From: Nemertoderma westbladi
Lineage: Eukaryota; Animalia; Xenacoelomorpha
DNA length: 64,000 nt
Assembly (NCBI GenBank): GCA_032718475.1
Contig: JAUCBJ010000306.1
Span: 59,994 to 123,993 of the forward strand
Direction: 5' to 3'
Part shown: positions 37,301 to 52,300 of the stretch, in pieces
How positions within the stretch are numbered: the first letter of the stretch is position 1
Layout: every line of letters begins with the position of its first letter
Notes under the pieces: model-generated
The model's input: only the letters and a program-made list of their open reading frames with translations
Told to the model about the DNA's origin: nothing
Database searches by the model: none
Position numbers and translations under genes: made by a program

Positions 37301-40300
37301 CAAACTTTATACTTACTGTATTAGCAAATTTTATACTTACTGTAATAGCAAACTTTATACTTACTGTAATAGCAAACTTTAGACTTACTGTAATAGCAAA
37401 CTTTATACTTACAGTAATAGCAAACTTTATACTTACTGTAATAGCAAACTTTATACTTACTGTAATAGCAAACTTTATACTTACTGTAATAGCAAACTTT
37501 ATACTTACTGTAATAGCAAACTTTATACTTACTGTAATAGCAAACTTTATACTTACTGTAATAGCAAACTTTATACTTACTGTAATAGCAAACTTTATAC
37601 TTACTGTATTAGCAAATTTTATACTTACTGTAATAGCAAACTTTATACTTACTGTAATAGCAAACTTTATACTTACAGTAATAGCAAACTTTATACTTAC
37701 TGTAATAGCAAACTTTATACTTACTGTAATAGCAAACTTTATACTTACTGTAATAGCAAACTTTATACTTACTGTAATAGCAAACTTTATACTTACTGTA
37801 ATAGCAAACTTTAGACTTACTGTAATAGCAAACTTTATACTTACAGTAATAGCAAACTTTATACTTACTGTAATAGCAAACTTTATACTTACTGTAATAG
37901 CAAACTTTATACTTACTGTAATAGCAAATTTTATACTTACTGTAATAGCAAACTTTATACTTACTGTAATAGTAAACTTTATACTTACTGTAATAGTAAA
38001 CTTTATACTTACTGTAATAGCAAACTTTATACTTACTGTAATAGCAAACTTTATACTTACTGTAATAGCAAACTTTATACTTACTGTAATAGCAAACTTT
38101 ATACTTACTGTAATAGCAAACTTTATACTTACTGTAATAGCAAACTTTATACTTACTGTAATAGCAAACTTTAGACTTACTGTAATAGCAAACTTTATAC
38201 TTACAGTAATAGCAAACTTTATACTTACTGTAATAGCAAACTTTATACTTACTGTAATAGCAAACTTTATACTTACTGTAATAGCAAATTTTATACTTAC
38301 TGTAATAGCAAACTTTATACTTACTGTAATAGTAAACTTTATACTTACTGTAATAGTAAACTTTATACTTACTGTAATAGCAAACTTTATACTTACTGTA
38401 ATAGCAAACTTTATACTTACTGTAATAGCAAACCATATACTTACTGTAATAGCAAACTTTATACTTACTGTAATAGCAAACTTTATACTTACTGTAATAG
38501 CAAACTTTATACTTACTGTAATAGCAAACTTTATACTTACTGTAATAGCAAACTTTATACTTACTGTAATAGCAAACTTTATACTTACAGTAATAGCAAA
38601 CTTTATACTTACTGTAATAGCAAACTTTATACTTACTGTAATAGCAAACTTTATACTTACTGTAATAGCAAACTTTATACTTACTGTAATAGTAAACTTT
38701 ATACTTACTGTAATAGTAAACTTTATACTTACTGTAATAGCAAACTTTATACTTACTGTAATAGCAAACTTTATACTTACTGTAATAGCAAACTTTAGAC
38801 TTACTGTAATAGCAAACTTTATACTTACTGTAATAGCAAACTTTAGACTTACTGTAATAGCAAACTTTATACTTACAGTAATAGCAAACTTTATACTTAC
38901 TGTAATAGCAAACTTTATACTTACAGTAATAGCAAACTTTATACTTACTGTAACAGCAAACTTTAGACTTACTGTAATAGCAAATTTTATACTTACTGTA
39001 ATAGCAAACTTTATACTTACTGTAATAGTAAACTTTATACTTACTGTAATAGTAAACTTTATACTTACTGTAATAGCAAACTTTATACTTACTGTAATAG
39101 CAAACTTTATACTTACTGTAATAGCAAACCTTATACTTACTGTAATAGCAAACTTTATACTTACTGTAATAGCAAACCTTATACTTACTGTAATAGCAAA
39201 CTTTATACTTACTGTAATAGCAAACTTTATACTTACTGTAATAGCAAACTTTATACTTACTGTAATAGCAAACTTTATACTTACTGTAATAGCAAACTTT
39301 ATACTTACTGTAATAGCAAACTTTATACTTACAGTAATAGCAAACTTTATACTTACTGTAATAGCAAACTTTATACTTACTGTAATAGCAAACTTTATAC
39401 TTACTGTAATAGCAAACTTTATACTTACTGTAATAGTAAACTTTATACTTACTGTAATAGTAAACTTTATACTTACTGTAATAGCAAACTTTATACTTAC
39501 TGTAATAGCAAACTTTATACTTACTGTAATAGCAAACTTTAGACTTACTGTAATAGCAAACTTTATACTTACTGTAATAGCAAACTTTATACTTACTGTA
39601 ATAGCAAACTTTATACTTACAGTAATAGCAAACTTTATACTTACTGTAATAGCAAACTTTATACTTACAGTAATAGCAAACTTTATACTTACAGTAATAG
39701 CAAACTTTAGACTTACTGTAATAGCAAACTTTATACTTACAGTAATAGCAAACTTTATACTTACTATAATAGCAAATTTTATACTTACTGTAATAGCAAA
39801 CTTTATACTTACAGTAATAGCAAACTTTATACTTACAGTAATAGCAAACTTTAGACTTACTGTAATAGCAAACTTTATACTTACAGTAATAGCAAACTTT
39901 ATACTTACAGTAATAGCAAACTTTAGACTTACTATAATAGCAAACTTTAGACTTACTGTAATTGCAAACTTTATACTTACAGTAATAGCAAACTTTATAC
40001 TTACAGTAATAGCAAACTTTATACTTACTATAATAGCAAATTTTATACTTACTGTAATAGCAAACTTTATACTTACAGTAATAGCAAACATTATACTTAC
40101 AGTAATAGCAAACTTTATACTTACTATAATAGCAAACTTTATACTTACAGAAATAGCAAACTTTATACTTACTGTATTAGCAAACTTTATACTTACTGTA
40201 ATAGCAAACTTTATACTTACTGTAATAGCAAACTTTATACTTACTGTAATAGCAAACTTTATACTTACTGTAATAGCAAACTTTATACTTACAGTAATAG

Positions 40301-43300
40301 CAAACTTTATACTTACTGTAATAGCAAACTTTATACTTACTGTAATAGCAAACTTTATACTTACTGTAATAGCAAACTTTATACTTACTGTAATAGCAAA
40401 CTTTATACTTACTGTAATAGTAAACTTTATACTTACTGTAATAGTAAACTTTATACTTACTGTAATAGCAAACTTTATACTTACTGTAATAGCAAACTTT
40501 ATACTTACTGTAATAGCAAACCTTATACTTACTGTAATAGCAAACTTTATACTTACTGTAATAGCAAACTTTATACTTACTGTAATAGCAAACTTTATAC
40601 TTACTGTAATAGCAAACTTTAGACTTACTGTAATAGCAAACTTTATACTTACTGTAATAGCAAACTTTATACTTACTGTAATAGCAAACTTTATACTTAC
40701 TGTATTAGCAAACTTTATACTTACTGTAATAGCAAACTTTATACTTACTGTAATAGCAAACTTTATACTTACTGTATTAGCAAACTTTATACTTACTGTA
40801 ATAGCAAACTTTATACTTACTGTAATAGCAAACTTTATACTTACTGTAATAGCAAACTTTATACTTACTGTAATAGCAAATTTTATACTTACTGTAATAG
40901 CAAACTTTATACTTACTGTAATAGTAAACTTTATACTTACTGTAATAGTAAACTTTATACTTACTGTAATAGCAAACTTTATACTTACTGTAATAGCAAA
41001 CTTTATACTTACTGTAATAGCAAACCATATACTTACTGTAATAGCAAACTTTATACTTACTGTAATAGCAAACTTTATACTTACTGTAATAGCAAACTTT
41101 ATACTTACTGTAATAGCAAACTTTATACTTACTGTAATAGCAAACTTTATACTTACTGTAATAGCAAACTTTATACTTACAGTAATAGCAAACTTTATAC
41201 TTACTGTAATAGCAAACTTTATACTTACTGTAATAGCAAACTTTATACTTACTGTAATAGCAAACTTTATACTTACTGTAATAGTAAACTTTATACTTAC
41301 TGTAATAGTAAACTTTATACTTACTGTAATAGCAAACTTTATACTTACTGTAATAGCAAACTTTATACTTACTGTAATAGCAAACTTTAGACTTACTGTA
41401 ATAGCAAACTTTATACTTACTGTAATAGCAAACTTTATACTTACTGTAATAGCAAACTTTATACTTACAGTAATAGCAAACTTTATACTTACTGTAATAG
41501 CAAACTTTATACTTACAGTAATAGCAAACTTTATACTTACAGTAACAGCAAACTTTAGACTTACTGTAATAGCAAACTTTATACTTACAGTAATAGCAAA
41601 CTTTATACTTACTGTAATAGCAAATTTTATACTTACTGTAATAGCAAACTTTATACTTACTGTAATAGTAAACTTTATACTTACTGTAATAGTAAACTTT
41701 ATACTTACTGTAATAGCAAACTTTATACTTACTGTAATAGCAAACTTTATACTTACTGTAATAGCAAACCTTATACTTACTGTAATAGCAAACTTTATAC
41801 TTACTGTAATAGCAAACTTTATACTTACTGTAATAGCAAACTTTATACTTACTGTAATAGCAAACTTTATACTTACTGTAATAGCAAACTTTATACTTAC
41901 TGTAATAGCAAACTTTATACTTACAGTAATAGCAAACTTTATACTTACTGTAATAGCAAACTTTATACTTACTGTAATAGCAAACTTTATACTTACTGTA
42001 ATAGCAAACTTTATACTTACTGTAATAGTAAACTTTATACTTACTGTAATAGTAAACTTTATACTTACTGTAATAGCAAACTTTATACTTACTGTAATAG
42101 CAAACTTTATACTTACTGTAATAGCAAACTTTAGACTTACTGTAATAGCAAACTTTATACTTACTGTAATAGCAAACTTTATACTTACTGTAATAGCAAA
42201 CTTTATACTTACAGTAATAGCAAACTTTATACTTACTGTAATAGCAAACTTTATACTTACAGTAATAGCAAACTTTATACTTACAGTAATAGCAAACTTT
42301 AGACTTACTGTAATAGCAAACTTTATACTTACAGTAATAGCAAACTTTATACTTACTATAATAGCAAATTTTATACTTACTGTAATAGCAAACTTTATAC
42401 TTACAGTAATAGCAAACTTTATACTTACAGTAATAGCAAACTTTAGACTTACTGTAATAGCAAACTTTATACTTACAGTAATAGCAAACTTTATACTTAC
42501 AGTAATAGCAAACTTTAGACTTACTATAATAGCAAACTTTAGACTTACTGTAATAGCAAACTTTATACTTACTGTAATAGCAAACTTTATACTTACAGTA
42601 ATAGCAAACTTTATACTTACAGTAATAGCAAACTTTAGACTTACTGTAATAGCAAACTTTATACTTACAGTAATAGCAAACTTTATACTTACTGTAATAG
42701 CAAATTTTATACTTACTGTAATAGCAAACTTTATACTTACTGTAATAGTAAACTTTATACTTACTGTAATAGTAAACTTTATACTTACTGTAATAGCAAA
42801 CTTTATACTTACTGTAATAGCAAACTTTATACTTACTGTAATAGCAAACCTTATACTTACTGTAATAGCAAACTTTATACTTACTGTAATAGCAAACTTT
42901 ATACTTACTGTAATAGCAAACTTTATACTTACTGTAATAGCAAACTTTATACTTACTGTAATAGCAAACTTTATACTTACTGTAATAGCAAACTTTATAC
43001 TTACTGTAATAGCAAACTTTATACTTACTGTATTAGCAAATTTTATACTTACTGTAATAGCAAACTTTATACTTACTGTAATAGCAAACTTTATACTTAC
43101 TGTAATAGCAAACTTTATACTTACTGTAATAGCAAACTTTATACTTACTGTAATAGCAAACTTTAGACTTACTGTAATAGCAAACTTTATACTTACAGTA
43201 ATAGCAAACTTTATACTTACTGTAATAGCAAACTTTATACTTACTGTAATAGCAAACTTTATACTTACTGTAATAGCAAACTTTATACTTACTGTAATAG

Positions 43301-46300
43301 CAAACTTTATACTTACTGTAATAGCAAACTTTATACTTACTGTAATAGCAAACTTTATACTTACTGTAATAGCAAACTTTATACTTACTGTATTAGCAAA
43401 TTTTATACTTACTGTAATAGCAAACTTTATACTTACTGTAATAGCAAACTTTATACTTACAGTAATAGCAAACTTTATACTTACTGTAATAGCAAACTTT
43501 ATACTTACTGTAATAGCAAACTTTATACTTACTGTAATAGCAAACTTTATACTTACTGTAATAGCAAACTTTATACTTACTGTAATAGCAAACTTTAGAC
43601 TTACTGTAATAGCAAACTTTATACTTACAGTAATAGCAAACTTTATACTTACTGTAATGGCAAACTTTATACTTACTGTAATAGCAAACTTTATACTTAC
43701 TGTAATAGCAAATTTTATACTTACTGTAATAGCAAACTTTATACTTACTGTAATAGTAAACTTTATACTTACTGTAATAGTAAACTTTATACTTACTGTA
43801 ATAGCAAACTTTATACTTACTGTAATAGCAAACTTTATACTTACTGTAATAGCAAACTTTATACTTACTGTAATAGCAAACTTTATACTTACTGTAATAG
43901 CAAACTTTATACTTACTGTAATAGCAAACTTTATACTTACTGTAATAGCAAACTTTAGACTTACTGTAATAGCAAACTTTATACTTACAGTAATAGCAAA
44001 CTTTATACTTACTGTAATAGCAAACTTTATACTTACTGTAATAGCAAACTTTATACTTACTGTAATAGCAAATTTTATACTTACTGTAATAGCAAACTTT
44101 ATACTTACTGTAATAGTAAACTTTATACTTACTGTAATAGTAAACTTTATACTTACTGTAATAGCAAACTTTATACTTACTGTAATAGCAAACTTTATAC
44201 TTACTGTAATAGCAAACCATATACTTACTGTAATAGCAAACTTTATACTTACTGTAATAGCAAACTTTATACTTACTGTAATAGCAAACTTTATACTTAC
44301 TGTAATAGCAAACTTTATACTTACTGTAATAGCAAACTTTATACTTACTGTAATAGCAAACTTTATACTTACAGTAATAGCAAACTTTATACTTACTGTA
44401 ATAGCAAACTTTATACTTACTGTAATAGCAAACTTTATACTTACTGTAATAGCAAACTTTATACTTACTGTAATAGTAAACTTTATACTTACTGTAATAG
44501 TAAACTTTATACTTACTGTAATAGCAAACTTTATACTTACTGTAATAGCAAACTTTATTCTTACTGTAATAGCAAACTTTAGACTTACTGTAATAGCAAA
44601 CTTTATACTTACTGTAATAGCAAACTTTAGACTTACTGTAATAGCAAACTTTATACTTACAGTAATAGCAAACTTTATACTTACTGTAATAGCAAACTTT
44701 ATACTTACAGTAATAGCAAACTTTATACTTACTGTAACAGCAAACTTTAGACTTACTGTAATAGCAAATTTTATACTTACTGTAATAGCAAACTTTATAC
44801 TTACTGTAATAGTAAACTTTATACTTACTGTAATAGTAAACTTTATACTTACTGTAATAGCAAACTTTATACTTACTGTAATAGCAAACTTTATACTTAC
44901 TGTAATAGCAAACCTTATACTTACTGTAATAGCAAACTTTATACTTACTGTAATAGCAAACCTTATACTTACTGTAATAGCAAACTTTATACTTACTGTA
45001 ATAGCAAACTTTATACTTACTGTAATAGCAAACTTTATACTTACTGTAATAGCAAACTTTATACTTACTGTAATAGCAAACTTTATACTTACTGTAATAG
45101 CAAACTTTATACTTACAGTAATAGCAAACTTTATACTTACTGTAATAGCAAACTTTATACTTACTGTAATAGCAAACTTTATACTTACTGTAATAGCAAA
45201 CTTTATACTTACTGTAATAGTAAACTTTATACTTACTGTAATAGTAAACTTTATACTTACTGTAATAGCAAACTTTATACTTACTGTAATAGCAAACTTC
45301 ATACTTACTGTAATAGCAAACTTTAGACTTACTGTAATAGCAAACTTTATACTTACTGTAATAGCAAACTTTATACTTACTGTAATAGCAAACTTTATAC
45401 TTACAGTAATAGCAAACTTTATACTTACTGTAATAGCAAACTTTATACTTACAGTAATAGCAAACTTTATACTTACAGTAATAGCAAACTTTAGACTTAC
45501 TGTAATAGCAAACTTTATACTTACAGTAATAGCAAACTTTATACTTACTATAATAGCAAATTTTATACTTACTGTAATAGCAAACTTTATACTTACAGTA
45601 ATAGCAAACTTTATACTTACAGTAATAGCAAACTTTAGACTTACTGTAATAGCAAACTTTATACTTACAGTAATAGCAAACGTTATACTTACAGTAATAG
45701 CAAACTTTAGACTTACTATAATAGCAAACTTTAGACTTACTGTAATTGCAAACTTTATACTTACAGTAATAGCAAACTTTATACTTACAGTAATAGCAAA
45801 CTTTATACTTACTATAATAGCAAATTTTATACTTACTGTAATAGCAAACTTTATACTTACAGTAATAGCAAACATTATACTTACAGTAATAGCAAACTTT
45901 ATACTTACTATAATAGCAAACTTTATACTTACAGAAATAGCAAACTTTATACTTACTGTATTAGCAAACTTTATACTTACTGTAATAGCAAACTTTATAC
46001 TTACTGTAATAGCAAACTTTATACTTACTGTAATAGCAAACTTTATACTTACTGTAATAGCAAACTTTATACTTACAGTAATAGCAAACTTTATACTTAC
46101 TGTAATAGCAAACTTTATACTTACTGTAATAGCAAACTTTATACTTACTGTAATAGCAAATTTTATACTTACTGTAATAGCAAACTTTATACTTACTGGA
46201 ATAGCAAACTTTATACTTACTGTAATAGCAAACTTTATACTTACAGTAATAGCAAACTTTATACTTACTGTAATAGAAAACTTTATACTTACTGTAATAG

Positions 46301-49300
46301 CAAACTTTATACTTACTGTAATAGCAAACTTTATACTTACTGTAATAGCAAACTTTATACTTACTGTAATAGCAAACTTTATACTTACTGTAATAGCAAA
46401 CTTTATACTTACTGTAATAGCAAACTTTATACTTACTGTAATAGCAAACTTTATACTTACTGTATTAGCAAACTTTATACTTACTGTAATAGCAAACTTT
46501 ATACTTACTGTATTAGCAAACTTTATACTTACTGTAATAGCAAACTTTATACTTACTGTAATAGCAAACTTTATACTTACTGTAATAGCAAACTTTATAC
46601 TTACTGTAATAGCAAACTTTATACTTACTGTAATAGCAAACTTTATACTTACTGTAATAGCAAACTTTATACTTACTGTAATAGCAAACTTTATACTTAC
46701 TGTAATAGCAAACTTTATACTTACTGTAATAGCAAACTTTATACTTACTGTAATAGCAAACTTTATACTTACTGTAATAGCAAACTTTATACTTACTGTA
46801 ATAGCAAACTTTATACTTACTGTAATAGCAAACTTTAGACTTACTGTAATAGCAAACTTTATACTTACTGTAATAGCAAACTTTATACTTACTGTAATAG
46901 CAAACTTTATACTTACTGTAATAGCAAACTTTATACTTACAGTAATAGCAAACTTTATACTTACTATAATAGCAAACTTTAGACTTACTGTAATAGCAAA
47001 CTTTATACTTACTGTAATAGCAAATTTTATACTTACTGTAATAGCAAACTTTATACTTACTGTAATAGCAAACTTTATACTTACTGTATTAGCAAACTTT
47101 ATACTTACTGTAATAGCAAACTTTATACTTACTGTAATAGCAAACTTTATACTTACTGTAATAGCAAACTTTATACTTACTGTAATAGCAAATTTTATAC
47201 TTACTGTAATAGCAAACTTTATACTTACTGTAATAGTAAACTTTATACTTACTGTAATAGTAAACTTTATACTTACTGTAATAGCAAACTTTATACTTAC
47301 TGTAATAGCAAACTTTATACTTACTGTAATAGCAAACCATATACTTACTGTAATAGCAAACTTTATACTTACTGTAATAGCAAACTTTATACTTACTGTA
47401 ATAGCAAACTTTATACTTACTGTAATAGCAAACTTTATACTTACTGTAATAGCAAACTTTATACTTACTGTAATAGCAAACTTTATACTTACAGTAATAG
47501 CAAACTTTATACTTACTGTAATAGCAAACTTTATACTTACTGTAATAGCAAACTTTATACTTACTGTAATAGCAAACTTTATACTTACTGTAATAGTAAA
47601 CTTTATACTTACTGTAATAGTAAACTTTATACTTACTGTAATAGCAAACTTTATACTTACTGTAATAGCAAACTTTATACTTACTGTAATAGCAAACTTT
47701 AGACTTACTGTAATAGCAAACTTTATACTTACTGTAATAGCAAACTTTATACTTACTGTAATAGCAAACTTTATACTTACAGTAATAGCAAACTTTATAC
47801 TTACTGTAATAGCAAACTTTATACTTACAGTAATAGCAAACTTTATACTTACAGTAACAGCAAACTTTAGACTTACTGTAATAGCAAACTTTATACTTAC
47901 AGTAATAGCAAACTTTATACTTACTGTAATAGCAAATTTTATACTTACTGTAATAGCAAACTTTATACTTACTGTAATAGCAAACTTTATACTTACTGTA
48001 ATAGTAAACTTTATACTTACTGTAATAGCAAACTTTATACTTACTGTAATAGCAAACTTTATACTTACTGTAATAGCAAACCTTATACTTACTGTAATAG
48101 CAAACTTTATACTTACTGTAATAGCAAACTTTATACTTACTGTAATAGCAAACTTTATACTTACTGTAATAGCAAACTTTATACTTACTGTAATAGCAAA
48201 CTTTATACTTACTGTAATAGCAAACTTTATACTTACAGTAATAGCAAACTTTATACTTACTGTAATAGCAAACTTTATACTTACTGTAATAGCAAACTTT
48301 ATACTTACTGTAATAGCAAACTTTATACTTACTGTAATAGTAAACTTTATACTTACTGTAATAGTAAACTTTATACTTACTGTAATAGCAAACTTTATAC
48401 TTACTGTAATAGCAAACTTTATACTTACTGTAATAGCAAACTTTAGACTTACTGTAATAGCAAACTTTATACTTACTGTAATAGCAAACTTTATACTTAC
48501 TGTAATAGCAAACTTTATACTTACAGTAATAGCAAACTTTATACTTACTGTAATAGCAAACTTTATACTTACAGTAATAGCAAACTTTATACTTACAGTA
48601 ATAGCAAACTTTAGACTTACTGTAATAGCAAACTTTATACTTACAGTAATAGCAAACTTTATACTTACTATAATAGCAAATTTTATACTTACTGTAATAG
48701 CAAACTTTATACTTACAGTAATAGCAAACTTTATACTTACAGTAATAGCAAACTTTAGACTTACTGTAATAGCAAACTTTATACTTACAGTAATAGCAAA
48801 CTTTATACTTACAGTAATAGCAAACTTTAGACTTACTATAATAGCAAACTTTAGACTTACTGTAATAGCAAACTTTATACTTACAGTAATAGCAAACTTT
48901 ATACTTACAGTAATAGCAAACTTTATACTTACTATAATAGCAAATTTTATACTTACTGTAATAGCAAACTTTATACTTACAGTAATAGCAAACATTATAC
49001 TTACAGTAATAGCAAACTTTATACTTACTATAATAGCAAACTTTATACTTACAGAAATAGCAAACTTTATACTTACTGTATTAGCAAACTTTATACTTAC
49101 TGTAATAGCAAACTTTATACTTACTGTAATAGCAAACTTTATACTTACTGTAATAGCAAACTTTATACTTACTGTAATAGCAAACTTTATACTTACAGTA
49201 ATAGCAAACTTTATACTTACTGTAATAGCAAACTTTATACTTACTGTAATAGCAAACTTTATACTTACTGTAATAGCAAATTTTATACTTACTGTAATAG

Positions 49301-52300
49301 CAAACTTTATACTTACTGGAATAGCAAACTTTATACTTACTGTAATAGCAAACTTTATACTTACAGTAATAGCAAACTTTATACTTACTGTAATAGAAAA
49401 CTTTATACTTACTGTAATAGCAAACTTTATACTTACTGTAATAGCAAACTTTATACTTACTGTAATAGCAAACTTTATACTTACTGTAATAGCAAACTTT
49501 ATACTTACTGTAATAGCAAACTTTATACTTACTGTAATAGCAAACTTTATACTTACTGTAATAGCAAACTTTATACTTACTGTATTAGCAAACTTTATAC
49601 TTACTGTAATAGCAAACTTTATACTTACTGTAATAGCAAACTTTATACTTACTGTAATAGCAAACTTTATACTTACTGTAATAGCAAACTTTATACTTAC
49701 TGTAATAGCAAACTTTATACTTACTGTAATAGCAAACTTTATACTTACTGTAATAGCAAACTTTATACTTACTGTAATAGCAAACTTTATACTTACTGTA
49801 ATAGCAAACTTTATACTTACTGTAATAGCAAACTTTATACTTACTGTAATAGCAAACTTTATACTTACAGTAATAGCAAACTTTATACTTACTGTAATAG
49901 CAAACTTTAGACTTACTGTAATAGCAAACTTTATACTTACTGTAATAGCAAACTTTATACTTACTGTAATAGCAAACTTTATACTTACTGTAATAGCAAA
50001 CTTTATACTTACAGTAATAGCAAACTTTATACTTACTATAATAGCAAACTTTACACTTACTGTAATAGCAAACTTTATACTTACAGTAATAGCAAACTTT
50101 ATACTTACTATAATAGCAAATTTTATACTTACTATAATAGCAAACTTTAGACTTACTGTAATAGCAAACTTTATACTTACTATAATAGCAAATTTTATAC
50201 TTACTGTAATAGCAAACTTTATACTTACTATAATAGCAAATTTTATACTTACTGTAATAGCAAACTTTATACTTACTATAATAGCAAACTTTAGACTTAC
50301 TGTAATAGCAAACTTTATACTTACAGTAATAGCAAACTTTATACTTACTATAATAGCAATTTTATACTTACTGTAATAGCAAACTTTATACTTACTGTAA
50401 TAGCAAACTTTATACTTACTGTAATAGCAAACTTTATACTTACTGTAATAGCAAACTTTATACTTACTGTAATAGCAAACTTTATACTTACTGTAATAGT
50501 AAACTTTATACTTACTGTAATAGCAAACTTTATACTTACTGAAATAGCAAACTTTATACTTACTGTAATAGCAAACTTTAGACTTACTGTAATAGCAAAC
50601 TTTATACTTACTGTAATAGCAAACTTTATACTTACTGTAATAGCAAACTTTATACTTACAGTAATAGCAAACTTTATACTTACAGTAATAGCAAACTTTA
50701 GACTTACTGTAATAGCAAACTTTATACTTACAGTAATAGCAAACTTTATACTTACTGTAATAGCAAACTTTATACTTACTGTAATAGCAAACTTTAGACT
50801 TACTGTAATAGCAAACTTTATACTTACTGTAATAGCAAACTTTAGACTTACTGTAATAGCAAACTTTATACTTACTGTAATAGCAAACTTTATACTTACT
50901 GTAATAGCAAATTTTATACTTACAGTAATAGCAAACTTTATACTTACAGTAATAGCAAACTTTAGACTTACTGTAATAGCAAACTTTATACTTACAGTAA
51001 TAGCAAACTTTATACTTACAGTAATAGCAAACTTTAGACTTACTGTAATAGCAAACTTTATACTTACAGTAATAGCAAACTTTATACTTACTATAATAGC
51101 AAACTTTAGACTTACTGTAATAGCAAATTTTATACTTACTGTAATAGCAAACTTTATACTTACAGTAATAGCAAACTTTATACTTACTGTAATAGCAAAC
51201 TTTATACTTACTGTAATAGCAAACTTTATACTTACTGTAATAGCAAACTTTATACTTACTGTAATAGCAAACTTTATACTTACTGTAATAGCAAACTTTA
51301 TACTTACTGTAATAGCAAACTTTATACTTACTGTAATAGCAAACTTTATACTTACTGTAATAGCAAACTTTATACTTACTGTAATAGCAAACTTTATACT
51401 TACTGTAATAGCAAACTTTATACTTACAGTAATAGCAAACCTTATACTTACTGTAATAGCAAACTTTATACTTACTATAATAGCAAACTTTATACTTACT
51501 GTAATAGCAAACTTTAGACTTACTGTAATAGCAAACTTTATACTTACTGTAATAGCAAACTTTATACTTACTATAATAGCAAACTTTATACTTACTGTAA
51601 TAGCAAACTTTAGACTTACTGTAATAGCAAACTTTATACTTACTGTAATAGCAAACTTTATACTTACAGTAATAGCAAACTTTAGACTTACTATAATAGC
51701 AAACTTTAGACTTACTGTAATAGCAAACTTTATACTTACTGTAATAGTAAACTTTATACTTACTGTAATAGCAAACTTTACACTTACTGTAATAGCAAAC
51801 TTTATACTTACAGTAATAGCAAATTTTATACTTACTGTAATAGCAAACTTTAGACTTACTGTAATAGCAAACTTTATACTTACTGTAATAGCAAACTTTA
51901 TACTTACTGCAATAGCAAACTTTAGACTTACTGTAATAGCAAACTTTATACTTACTGTAATAGCAAACTTTATACTTACTGTAATAGCAAACTTTAGACT
52001 TACTGTAATAGCAAACTTTATACTTACTGTAATAGCAAACTTTATACTTACTGTAATAGCAAACTTTAGACTTACTGTAATAGCAAACTTTATACTTACT
52101 GTAATAGCAAACTTTATACTTACTGTAATAGCAAACTTTATACTTACTGTAATAGCAAACTTTATACTTACTGTAATAGCAAACTTTATACGTACTGTAA
52201 TAGCAAACTTTATACTTACTGTAATAGCAAACTTTATACTTACTGTAATAGCAAACTTTATACTTACTGTAATAGCAAACTTTATACTTACTGTAATAGC

